A stretch of 57,743 bases of DNA, taken from the NCBI GenBank assembly GCA_009693105.1, contig SHXV01000002.1, positions 1-57,743 on the forward strand, read 5' to 3'. A program made the position numbers and the translations under genes. Source of the DNA: Dehalococcoidia bacterium. GTDB taxonomy: Bacteria > Chloroflexota > Dehalococcoidia > SHXV01. The first letter of the stretch is position 1; each line of letters opens with the position of its first letter. The notes below the pieces were generated by a model that was given only the letters and a program-made list of their open reading frames with translations, was not told the DNA's origin and ran no database searches. Positions 1 through 11,754 of this stretch are shown piece by piece.

Positions 1-751
1 AGAGGGCTTGCAACGGATCAAGGCGATCGGCGGCACGGCGATCGCCATCCGCGCCGATATCAGCGACCCGGACTACGACAAGGCGAAGATCGTGAAGCAG
101 ATCGAGGACGCCTTCGGTCGCTCGCCCGATATCCTCGTCCACAGCGCCGCCGCACCGCGCGAATGGGGAACCGATTGGCGCACACCCTTCGCAGAGACGC
201 CGTTCGATATGTTCATCGCCGGCGTGAAAACCAACGTCTGGGGTGGCTGGGACATGTCGAAGGCGGTCATCCCCGGCATGCGGGAGAAGGGCGCCGGCTG
301 GATCGTCTTCATCTCCTCCCAGCAAGCGGCGCCCCGTCCCCACCCGGAAAGCGGGAGCGGCTACGGCATGGGCGGCGCCAGCATCTACGGGGGGACCAAG
401 GCGTTCATCGACCGCGTCGTCACGGGCGCGGCATCGGAGCTGTACCAGGACAACATCGCCGTGAACAGCCTTGCCCCAACGGGCGCTGTCTCCACCCCGC
501 TCTCCCGTTCCGTCGGTGTCTCCGCCGAAGGCACGGAGCCGATGGAGACGTTCGTGGAGGCGACACTGGCGCTCTGCTGCGCCGAGCCAAAATCGCTAAC
601 AAGCCGGGTGGTGCACACGCTGCCGCTGCTGGCGGAGTTGAACCGGCCCGTCTACACGATCGACGGCAAGCAGTTGTTCGACCGCTGGCAGGCGGGCAAC
701 GAAGACCCTCGCAAGGAGATCAAGAACTACCTGGCGGCGTACGGGCACTAG
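1..751 (+). CDS. short-chain dehydrogenase/reductase (SDR), 5'-truncated by window edge
   Basis: The reading frame is open to the window edge. It contains the YGGTK (YxxxK) catalytic motif preceded by FISS, and NSLAP downstream. The N-terminal Rossmann part lies outside the window. Confidence 0.75.
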   Translation, partial: EGLQRIKAIGGTAIAIRADISDPDYDKAKIVKQIEDAFGRSPDILVHSAAAPREWGTDWRTPFAETPFDMFIAGVKTNVWGGWDMSKAVIPGMREKGAGWIVFISSQQAAPRPHPESGSGYGMGGASIYGGTKAFIDRVVTGAASELYQDNIAVNSLAPTGAVSTPLSRSVGVSAEGTEPMETFVEATLALCCAEPKSLTSRVVHTLPLLAELNRPVYTIDGKQLFDRWQAGNEDPRKEIKNYLAAYGH

Positions 752-779
752 CCCCCCGGAAGCGTAAACGTGCGCTCGC

Positions 780-1470
780 TTACCGCAGTAGCAGGGTGAT
801 GATGCCGCCCACCGCGATAGCCGGCGCGTAGGCCACACCATCGCCCCGCCGGATGCGTCCCAACAGGAGGCTGGTCAGGGTGAACCCGCCTCCCGCCAGC
901 GCCGTGCCGAACAGGAAGTAGGGCGTGCTCGCCAGGCCAACCGCGGCGCCACGAACGCCATCAGCTTAACCATCGCCCATGCCAAATCCGCCGCGCGCCA
1001 GGCCCCGATGGTGACAAGGGGAAAGGGCAGGTCGCTGCGCTCCAGACCCATGGCGACAAGGAGAAGGGGATATCCTCCTCCCGGTCCGCTGACGGCAAGG
1101 GCGATAGGGAAGCAAGATCTCAGTTTGGCGACGATGGTAAGCCGGGCGGCAACTCGTCAGAGCGCGGCAGCGAAGACAAGAGCGACAGGAAGAGCGGAAG
1201 CGACGCTCGTGAGGACAACGGTCGGGACTCCGATGGCGATAGCCGTGGCGGCGGCGGTAAGGGTGGCGGACGCGACGACGATTAGACGCTGTGCGCCGCC
1301 GGGGGCTGCACTCCGCACTAGTCGTTGGGTGCGGCCGGGACCCCATGATTGCTCCGGTCGTCCCGTCTCAAGAGCTTGTGCAGCTCTGACACCACCAGCA
1401 CGCTCAGCCCGATGACGAACGCCCGGGCCCACGCCGATGAGCAAAGGCTAGATGGTGTTGGGGGAAGAGG
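780..1470 (-). pseudogene. A24-type prepilin (leader) peptidase remnant with multiple frame disruptions
   Basis: The minus-strand translation reads ..GLARGGFGMGDG then TAA. The adjacent frame continues VKLMAFV. The first frame then resumes GAAVGLASTPYFLFGTALAGGGFTLTSLLLGRIRRGDGVAYAPAIAVGGIITLLLR*. Together these give the G-x-G-D-V-K-L second-Asp motif plus a hydrophobic C-terminus. TM-like upstream pieces lie in two more frames (ORFs 1157..1444 and 1318..1521). The 5' limit is approximate. Confidence 0.4.
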
Positions 1471-1536
1471 GCAGGGGCATCTGGCCCGTTGTGCGTGGTC
1501 CACCCGGATTGATCGTGCCATGCGGGTGCGCCCCGG

Positions 1537-5163
<3,627 letters not shown>

Positions 5164-5287
5164 GAGGATGCGCTCCTGGAGAAGGCGGATGAGGATATGG
5201 GAGCGGTCGTGACTGTCGGTCGTTGTCGGCCTCCCCGCTGTACAGAAGGGATGGTGCCCCGGGGACGCTGTTTCGAAGGGCCTCCCT

Positions 5288-5293
5288 ATTCTA
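5288..5293 (-). promoter_or_regulatory. candidate -10 element (TAGAAT) for metH
   Basis: The minus strand reads CTGTAGAATAGGGAGG about 60 nt upstream of the SD GGGGAGG (5230..5236). No convincing -35 element is present. Confidence 0.3.
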
Positions 5294-5423
5294 CAGCATG
5301 GCGTCGGATGTCCGCCTCACTGGCTTGACTTTTTGTATGTACCGGGTGCACACATGCGATGGCCCCGTGCGGACGGAGGCGGAAAAGGCGGGTCGCACTC
5401 AGACTGAGAAGGAAGGGAAAGCG

Positions 5424-5864
5424 GTGGATAACGCGGACAACATCTGGAACTGGCATTTGACCCGACGTGATCTCATGGCCTCCGTGGCCGCGGGTGGCGC
5501 CGGTCTGGCGCTGGTCGGCTGCGGCGACGACGATGAGGACACCGGGGCAGGCGGCGCGACTCAGGCGGCCGATACGCCGACCAAGGGAGGGAAGCTCACG
5601 CTCCTCACCGGCCGGGCGATGACCATCAACGACCCGCATACCCGCGCCGCTGGCATCGCCATCGAGGCCGACCTCGGTGAGTACGGTCGCATCTGGTGCA
5701 ACGGGCCCAAGGTCCAGTTCTCCGATGCCGTTGCCCGCGCGCCAACGCTGCCGGGCCTGGGCCAGCACTCCGCGTCCGTGTTGAGCGAGTTCGGGTACGA
5801 TCAGGGCGATATCGAGCGGCTGATTACGGCCGGTGTGACGAAGGGAGCGGCGACCCCCGCCTAG
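5424..5864 (+). pseudogene. chimeric ORF: Tat/lipoprotein signal plus N-terminus of a family-5 solute-binding protein, fused to the C-terminal ~55 aa of a family III CoA-transferase
   Basis: SD GAAGGAAGGGA precedes GTG 5424. The N-terminal part reads WHLTRRDLMASVAAGGAGLALVGCG (twin-Arg plus lipobox), then TPTKGGKLTLLTGRAMTINDPH (SBP_5 start). From about aa 150 of the ORF 5223..5864 track translation it reads GPKVQFSDAVARAPTLPGLGQHSASVLSEFGYDQGDIERLITAGV, the typical CaiB/BaiF C-terminus. The junction lies at about 5640..5680. Confidence 0.55.
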
Positions 5865-5877
5865 CCGGACGGCGCCG

Positions 5878-7131
5878 TCACGCCGCCACTGTCGAGCGTC
5901 GCCGGACGCCGAAGCGATCCCAGCTCGTCACTTCCTCCACCGGATCGCGCCTGTTGGGGCCGAAGTGCCCCATCGGCCACCCGACCGGGATGAGCGCCCA
6001 CGTACCCGCATCCTCCGGGATTCCCAGGAGCTTCTTCACATCGGTCTCCCTGTGGCGGTGCAGCGTGGTCAGGGTGGTCCCCAACCCCAGGGCGCGCGCG
6101 GCCAGCATCATGTTCTGCAGCGCCGGGAAGATGTTCGCTTCCGGAGGCGTGACGGACGCGGTCTCCCCCTGGACCACCCCGATGATCAGCGCCGGAATAT
6201 CGGCAAGGTGCTCAGACAGGAAGGGGCTGGACTTCAGGGTGGAGGGCTGGTTACTGTTGGAGGCGAGGAGTCCGTTGGGGCGCGTCACGTGGGCGCCGCC
6301 ATCGCGGTAGAACTCATGGATCGTTCGCTTCAGCGCCGGGTCGCGCACGACGATGAATCGCCAGTTCTGCATGTTCGCCCCGTTCGCCGCTTGCGTAGCT
6401 GCCTCCAGGATGCGCCAGAGCAGCGCCTCCGGAACGGGATCGGGCTTCAGGCGACGCATGGCGCGCTGCGTGTACATCGCCTCGAACATTTCCATCGATC
6501 CGGCGCCAGCGCCCACGTCGTCCGTACGTGGCCGAGTCTTGCCCCAGCCGTCCCAGTAGGTCACCTCTTCCACGGGACGGCGCACCAGCGGGCCAAATCT
6601 GCCGACGGGATGGCCGAGCGGGATGAGGCCCATCGTCTCGTAGCCGTCGGGGATGCCGAGGAACCGGCGCACTTCCTGCTCCCGGTAGCGGTGGAGCGTG
6701 GTGAGGACCGTTCCCAGCCCTTCGGCGCGGGCGGCGAGCATCAGGTTCTGCAGTGCCGGGTAGATGCAGGCGCCGGGCGGCGTCGTCGAAGCGACGTCTT
6801 CGAGGCGCACGGAGCCCAGGATGAGCGCCGGCGCGTCCGCCAGGTGATGGGTCAGGTGGTAGCCGGGGCTCTTCTGTCGCTCTGCCTCTTGCGCAGGCGT
6901 CAGGGGCGGCCGCTCCTTGGCGATGGCCGCCATGCCCTCCTGGTAGAATTCCTGCATTTTGCGTTTGACCGCGGGGTCGCGCAGGACGAGGAAGTTCCAC
7001 GGCTGGAGGTTGCCCCCGTTGGGAGCGTGGATCGCCGCGTCCAAGATGCGCCAGATCGTCTCGTCCGGAACAGGATCCGGCTTGAGCCGCCGCATCGACC
7101 TCAGGGAGTAGATCGCCTCAAACAGGTCCAT
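5878..7131 (-). CDS. tandem two-domain nitroreductase-family protein
   Basis: The two ~200-aa halves are each nitroreductase-like and roughly half identical to each other. Compare MDLFEAIYSLRSMRRLKPDPVP..PWNFLVLRDPAVKR with MEMFEAMYTQRAMRRLKPDPVP..NWRFIVVRDPALKR. Both halves end ..PVEEVT(Y/S)WD. Confidence 0.8.
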   Translation of the reverse strand: MDLFEAIYSLRSMRRLKPDPVPDETIWRILDAAIHAPNGGNLQPWNFLVLRDPAVKRKMQEFYQEGMAAIAKERPPLTPAQEAERQKSPGYHLTHHLADAPALILGSVRLEDVASTTPPGACIYPALQNLMLAARAEGLGTVLTTLHRYREQEVRRFLGIPDGYETMGLIPLGHPVGRFGPLVRRPVEEVTYWDGWGKTRPRTDDVGAGAGSMEMFEAMYTQRAMRRLKPDPVPEALLWRILEAATQAANGANMQNWRFIVVRDPALKRTIHEFYRDGGAHVTRPNGLLASNSNQPSTLKSSPFLSEHLADIPALIIGVVQGETASVTPPEANIFPALQNMMLAARALGLGTTLTTLHRHRETDVKKLLGIPEDAGTWALIPVGWPMGHFGPNRRDPVEEVTSWDRFGVRRRSTVAA

Positions 7132-7255
7132 CGCTGCACCTCTCGCTGTCCATGCGTGCGTCTGTCGTTCCTGGCCCCTGCCGGTCCCCCGGTCCCCCGC
7201 TCCCGAGGGGGAGCTGCAGGGGGTGGCTGCTCAGGCGACCACCCCCTGCGGAAAC

Positions 7256-8467
7256 CTACGTTACGGGCTGCGCCATCCGGCCGACCTTCTGCGGGGAGTC
7301 CGTGATCACACCCTTCTCCGATGGTGGCGGCGTGAGCCTGTACAGCGCGACGGCGTTGTCATGGATCATCTTGCGGACCTCGTCATAGGGCAGGCCGCTG
7401 AAGTTGCGCTCCAGCCAGGTCCGGGAGTACGGCCATTCCGTGCCGCCGTGCGGGTAGTCCGTTGACCACATGATGTGATCGATGCCGCACTTGTGACGCA
7501 GCGCCATCCCCATCGTGTCGATCATGAAAGTGGAGTAGAAGTTGCGGTAGAAGTACTCGCTGGGTGAAAGCTTGTAGTCCTCGCCCGTGGCCGAAGTCCA
7601 GCGGTAGCGCTGGTAGAAGTCGTCGGCCTGCTCCAGCAGGGTGGGGATCCAGCCAACGCCAGCCTCCACCATGACCAGCTTCAGGCGGGGGAAGTCATCC
7701 AGGATGCCGCATTCGATGAAGTCCATGACGATCGGCATGGCGCCGGCGCCGGCCTTGAGGTCGGGCCGAATGCCAAGCGATTTCCGCTTCGCGCGCGGCA
7801 CCATCGGCGTCCGGTTGAAGCTGCCGATGTGCACCTGGACCGGGATGTCGGCGTCCTGGCAGAAGTCCCAGAAGGCCGCGTCTTCGGGCTCCGGATCGAG
7901 CGTGCCGTTGGGGAAGGTAGAGATAATTGCCCCGCGCATGCCGATATCGAGCCCGTGCTTCATCTCCGCAATGGCCGCGGCGACGCCGACTGTGGGAATG
8001 ATCGACAGGCCATAGAGCCGCTTCGGAGCATAGCCGCAGAACTCCGCCAGCCAGTCGTTGTAGGCGCGGACGCAGGCGATCTGGAGCTCAGGATCGTCGC
8101 TGTAGGCCTTGCCGCCCTGAAGGCCGATGCTGGGGTATAGGACCTGGCAGGCCATGCCGTCCATGTCCATGTCGTGGAGACGCGCTTTGGGGTCAAAACT
8201 CCCCGGCCGCATGTTGTCGTACGTAATGGCGGTCTTGCCGGCCTGCACGTAGCTCAGGCCCGCAAGGGCCGTCGGCTTCACCAGCCGAATGACCTTGCCG
8301 CCATCGATGGACCACGAATCTCCGGCGTCCGTGCGCACCACCTTCGGCCCGCGCTCACGCATGTTTGCCGGCAGCCGTGATTGCCAGAGGTCCGGCGGTT
8401 CGTTGACGTGGGCGTCCGCATCGATGACCGGATAATCGACGACGAGATCTTTTCCGATGACCAGCAT
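7256..8467 (-). CDS. Amidohydrolase_2 family metal-dependent hydrolase/decarboxylase
   Basis: It has the VIDADAHVNEP N-terminal motif and the WSTDYPH C-terminal motif. The start was chosen at the ATG preceded by AGGAGG with a 7-nt spacer. The ORF track begins 23 codons further upstream. Confidence 0.85.
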   Translation of the reverse strand: MLVIGKDLVVDYPVIDADAHVNEPPDLWQSRLPANMRERGPKVVRTDAGDSWSIDGGKVIRLVKPTALAGLSYVQAGKTAITYDNMRPGSFDPKARLHDMDMDGMACQVLYPSIGLQGGKAYSDDPELQIACVRAYNDWLAEFCGYAPKRLYGLSIIPTVGVAAAIAEMKHGLDIGMRGAIISTFPNGTLDPEPEDAAFWDFCQDADIPVQVHIGSFNRTPMVPRAKRKSLGIRPDLKAGAGAMPIVMDFIECGILDDFPRLKLVMVEAGVGWIPTLLEQADDFYQRYRWTSATGEDYKLSPSEYFYRNFYSTFMIDTMGMALRHKCGIDHIMWSTDYPHGGTEWPYSRTWLERNFSGLPYDEVRKMIHDNAVALYRLTPPPSEKGVITDSPQKVGRMAQPVT

Positions 8468-8530
8468 AATGACGCCTCCTGTAGGGTCAGCCCGGAGGCC
8501 CGAAGCGGAGCCAACCGACGGGGCGGAGCG

Positions 8531-8561
8531 TAGCACTCGATCCGCCGCTTGTCGAGTGCTA
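8531..8561. repeat. perfect 10-bp inverted repeat TAGCACTCGA-N11-TCGAGTGCTA in a divergent intergenic region
   Basis: Read directly: 8531..8540 is the reverse complement of 8552..8561. It lies between the amidohydrolase start (8467, minus) and the MFS start (8641, plus). Confidence 0.5.
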
Positions 8562-8640
8562 TGCAGAAACGCTGATAAGCGTGATCGCCCGACGCGTCGT
8601 CTGCGATGCTATGATACGGGGCGATCCGTCAGGAGGACCG

Positions 8641-9966
8641 ATGAACCTGCGTTCGATAGCCCTGCCCCGTGTGGCCTCCGGCATCTTCTATGGCTGGTGG
8701 ATCGTCGGCGCCGGCGTGGTCATCCACGGTATGATCAGCGCTCTGTTCATGCAGTCCTATGGCGCCTACGTCGTGCTCTTGCGCGAAGAGTTCGGCTGGA
8801 GCGCCACCCTGCTGTCCGTCGGCTTCTCCCTGGTCCAGTTGGAGAACGGTGTCCTCGGCCCGATCCAGGGCTGGCTGACGGATCGCTTCGGGCCCCGCGC
8901 CATCATGCGGGTGGGGCTGCTGATCTGGGCGCTCGGATTCGCTTCGCTGAGCCAGGTCAATTCGCCGGTCATGTTCTTCGTCAGTGTCGTGCTCATCGCC
9001 ATTGGCACCGGGCTGGGGGGGTTCCTTTCCCTGGCTGTCTCCGTCGTGCACTGGTTTGAGCGCCGGCGCGCCATAGCGCTCGGCCTGCTCGCCACGGGCT
9101 TCGCCCTGGGCGGTCTGCTCGTCCCCGTCGTGGCGGCGTCGCTGGAATCGATCGGCTGGCGAGGGACGGCGCTCCTTTCTGCCGGGCTCGTGCTCGTCGT
9201 GGCGCTGCCGCTCTCTCAGCTGGTGCGTCACCGTCCGGAACCGTACGGGTACCGGCCGGACGGCGGTCGCCTCACGGACGATGACCGCGAGGGGGACGCC
9301 GCCTCCGGAGCGGCGGCCGCCTTGCCCGCCGCTAGCGGCGGGACCAGCTTTACCGCCCGGGAGGCGCTGCGAACGCCCGCCTTCTGGTACCTCTCCCTGG
9401 GCCACGGGGCCTCGCTGCTGGTGGTCTCCGCGTTGATGGTTCACCTTATCCCGCACCTGAGGGATAGTCTGGGCTATTCACTGCAGCAGGCGGCCAGCGT
9501 TGTTTCGCTGCTGGCGTTCGCGCAGGCCGTCGGCACTATCGCCGGCGGCTTTGGGGGAGACCGCTTCAACAAGCGAACGATCGTCGTCTTCTGCATGCTC
9601 GGACACGTGGTTGCCCTCCTGCTCCTCGCGTATGCGTCCGCGCTTTGGATGGTCATCGCATTCGCCTTGATCAACGGGCTGGCATGGGGAGCGCGCGGGC
9701 CGCTGATGCAGGCGATGCGGGCCGACTACTTCGGCCCGCGCTCCTTCGGCACGATCATGGGCTTCTCTTCCCTCATCATGATGGTGGGGATGATGACCGG
9801 GCCCATCCTCGCCGCCGTTATGGTCGAACGCACCGGCAACTACGAGGCCGGCTTTACGGTGCTCGCTGGCCTGGCGCTCATCGGCACGTTCTTCTTCGCC
9901 CTCGCCCGAAAGCCGAATGCGCCGGTTGCGACAGGCGGAACGCCCGCGGCCGTCAGCGCCGACTGA
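8641..9966 (+). CDS. MFS transporter, oxalate/formate-antiporter-like
   Basis: It has 12-TM-type hydrophobic periodicity and the motifs FYGWWIVGAG and GWLTDRFGPRAIM. The ATG is preceded by AGGAGG. Confidence 0.85.
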   Translation: MNLRSIALPRVASGIFYGWWIVGAGVVIHGMISALFMQSYGAYVVLLREEFGWSATLLSVGFSLVQLENGVLGPIQGWLTDRFGPRAIMRVGLLIWALGFASLSQVNSPVMFFVSVVLIAIGTGLGGFLSLAVSVVHWFERRRAIALGLLATGFALGGLLVPVVAASLESIGWRGTALLSAGLVLVVALPLSQLVRHRPEPYGYRPDGGRLTDDDREGDAASGAAAALPAASGGTSFTAREALRTPAFWYLSLGHGASLLVVSALMVHLIPHLRDSLGYSLQQAASVVSLLAFAQAVGTIAGGFGGDRFNKRTIVVFCMLGHVVALLLLAYASALWMVIAFALINGLAWGARGPLMQAMRADYFGPRSFGTIMGFSSLIMMVGMMTGPILAAVMVERTGNYEAGFTVLAGLALIGTFFFALARKPNAPVATGGTPAAVSAD

Positions 9967-9989
9967 ACATCGACCGTAGGAGGTGCGCC

Positions 9990-11738
9990 GTGGCAATGGA
10001 CTACGCCGAGATCGTGAAGGAAGTGGGCTCGCTTCGTGCCCCCCCGAATCTCGACGACTACGAGCGGACACGCCGCGAATGGTCCTGGGATCGTGTCCGT
10101 GCCGATCTCGGGCTGCGGGACGACTTCGTGAACCAGGCTTACCAGTGCATTGATCGTCACGTGTACGACGGCAGGGGCGAAAAGACGGCGATGATATGGG
10201 AGGGTGCGGACGGCGCAATCGAACGCTATACGTTTGAGGATATGCGGCGGCAGACCAATCGCTTCGCCAATGTCTTGCGCAAGCTCGGTGTGCGTAAGGC
10301 GGACCGCGTCTTCATCTTCGCCGACCGTATCCCTGAGCTCTACTTCGCCCTCTTCGGCGTGCTCAAGGTGGGCGCTATCGGCGCGCCGCTGTTCTCCGCT
10401 TTCGGGCCGGAGCCGGTCGCGGAGCGGGTGAAGCGGGCGGAAGGCATGATGATCATCACCACGCCCGCGCTCCTGCCCAAGGTGAACGCGATCCGTGGCG
10501 ACCTGCCTTCGCTGAAGCACGTCATGGTGATCGGCCATCGCGCCGCTGTGACCGCGGCTGAGGGCGACCTTGACTACGGGGCGCTAATGGCGGAAGCCTC
10601 CGATGAATTTGAGATCGAGCGAACGGGGGCGGAGGACTGGTCGATCATGCACTTCACCTCGGGGACGACCGGCCTGCCCAAGGGTGCCGCGCACGTTCAC
10701 GGAGCCGTCGTCGGCCACTACGCGACGGGGAAGTACGCCCTGGACCTGCACCCGGACGACGTCTTTTGGTGCACGGCCGACCCGGGCTGGGTCACCGGCA
10801 CCTCCTACGGCATGTTCGCGCCCTGGAGCAACGGCGTCACCCAGGTCATCTACGAGGGTGGGTTTGGCGCCACGCGCTGGTACGACATTATCCAGCGCCA
10901 TCGCGTGACGGTCTGGTACACGGCCCCCACGGCGATCCGGATGCTCATGAAGGGTGGCTCCCGCATCGCGAAACAGCGTGATCTGTCGTCGCTGCGTTAC
11001 ATGATGTCGGTCGGAGAGCCCCTGGCCCCGGCGGGCGTCGTCTGGGGCGTGGAAGCGATTGGCCTGCCCTTCCACGACAACTGGTGGCAGACGGAAACGG
11101 GTGCGGTCATGATCACGAACTTTCCCGCCCTGCCGATCCGGCCGGGTTCGATGGGGCTGGCCTTCCCCGGCATCGAGGCCGCGATCATCGATGACGAATT
11201 CCAGGAGATCACTCAGCCGATGCAGGAGGGTCAGCTCGCCCTGCGCCCGGGCGGGCCTTCCATGTTCCGCACCTATTGGCAGGACGAAGAGCGCTATAAC
11301 TCGCGCTTTAAGGGGGGCTGGTACCTCACCGGCGACCGGGCGAAGCGGGACGCCGATGGCTATTTCTGGTTCATCGGCCGGGACGACGATGTGATCAACA
11401 CCGCCGGTCATCTGGTGGGGCCGTTTGAGGTAGAGAGCGCCCTCATCGCCCATCCAGCCGTCGCCGAGGCGGGCGTCATCGGTAAGCCGGACGCGATGGC
11501 GATGGAGATCGTCAAGGCGTTCGTCGCCCTTAAGGACGGCTACGAGCCCAGTGAGGAGCTGCGCCGCGAGCTGATCGGCCACGCCCGCCAGCGCCTGGGC
11601 CCGGGCGTCGCCCCGCGCGAGATCGAATTCGTCTCCAGCCTGCCGAAGACGCGCTCCGGCAAGATCATGCGCCGCCTGCTCAAGGCGCGTGAGCTTGGTC
11701 TGCCTGAAGGCGACACCTCAACGCTGGAAGAAGACTAG
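9990..11738 (+). CDS. acsA: AMP-forming acetyl-CoA synthetase (Bacillus AcsA type)
   Basis: It is colinear along its length with my recollection of B. subtilis AcsA: YTSGTTGLPKG-like HFTSGTTGLPKG, WCTADPGWVTG, PGSMG, GDRA..DGYFWF.GRDDDVI, and LPKTRSGKIMRRLLKARELGLPEGD at the C-terminus. SD AGGAGG precedes GTG 9990, with an alternative ATG at 9996. Confidence 0.9.
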   Translation: MAMDYAEIVKEVGSLRAPPNLDDYERTRREWSWDRVRADLGLRDDFVNQAYQCIDRHVYDGRGEKTAMIWEGADGAIERYTFEDMRRQTNRFANVLRKLGVRKADRVFIFADRIPELYFALFGVLKVGAIGAPLFSAFGPEPVAERVKRAEGMMIITTPALLPKVNAIRGDLPSLKHVMVIGHRAAVTAAEGDLDYGALMAEASDEFEIERTGAEDWSIMHFTSGTTGLPKGAAHVHGAVVGHYATGKYALDLHPDDVFWCTADPGWVTGTSYGMFAPWSNGVTQVIYEGGFGATRWYDIIQRHRVTVWYTAPTAIRMLMKGGSRIAKQRDLSSLRYMMSVGEPLAPAGVVWGVEAIGLPFHDNWWQTETGAVMITNFPALPIRPGSMGLAFPGIEAAIIDDEFQEITQPMQEGQLALRPGGPSMFRTYWQDEERYNSRFKGGWYLTGDRAKRDADGYFWFIGRDDDVINTAGHLVGPFEVESALIAHPAVAEAGVIGKPDAMAMEIVKAFVALKDGYEPSEELRRELIGHARQRLGPGVAPREIEFVSSLPKTRSGKIMRRLLKARELGLPEGDTSTLEED

Positions 11739-11754
11739 CGAGAGACGGAGCGGG

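Noticed and set aside
5164-5423. Possible riboswitch (SAH, SAM or cobalamin) in the metH leader.
   Set aside because: I folded and scanned the ~70-nt leader by eye. It has no B12-box-like core and no SAH or SAM consensus segments. It contains only a duplicated GGGAGGCC string and a short CUGUACAG palindrome. A covariance-model scan would be needed to be certain.
9645-9989. Upstream extension of the acsA ORF overlapping the end of the MFS gene.
   Set aside because: The AcsA homology starts at MDYAEIVKE, directly after an AGGAGG SD. The extension is the out-of-frame readthrough of the MFS coding sequence.
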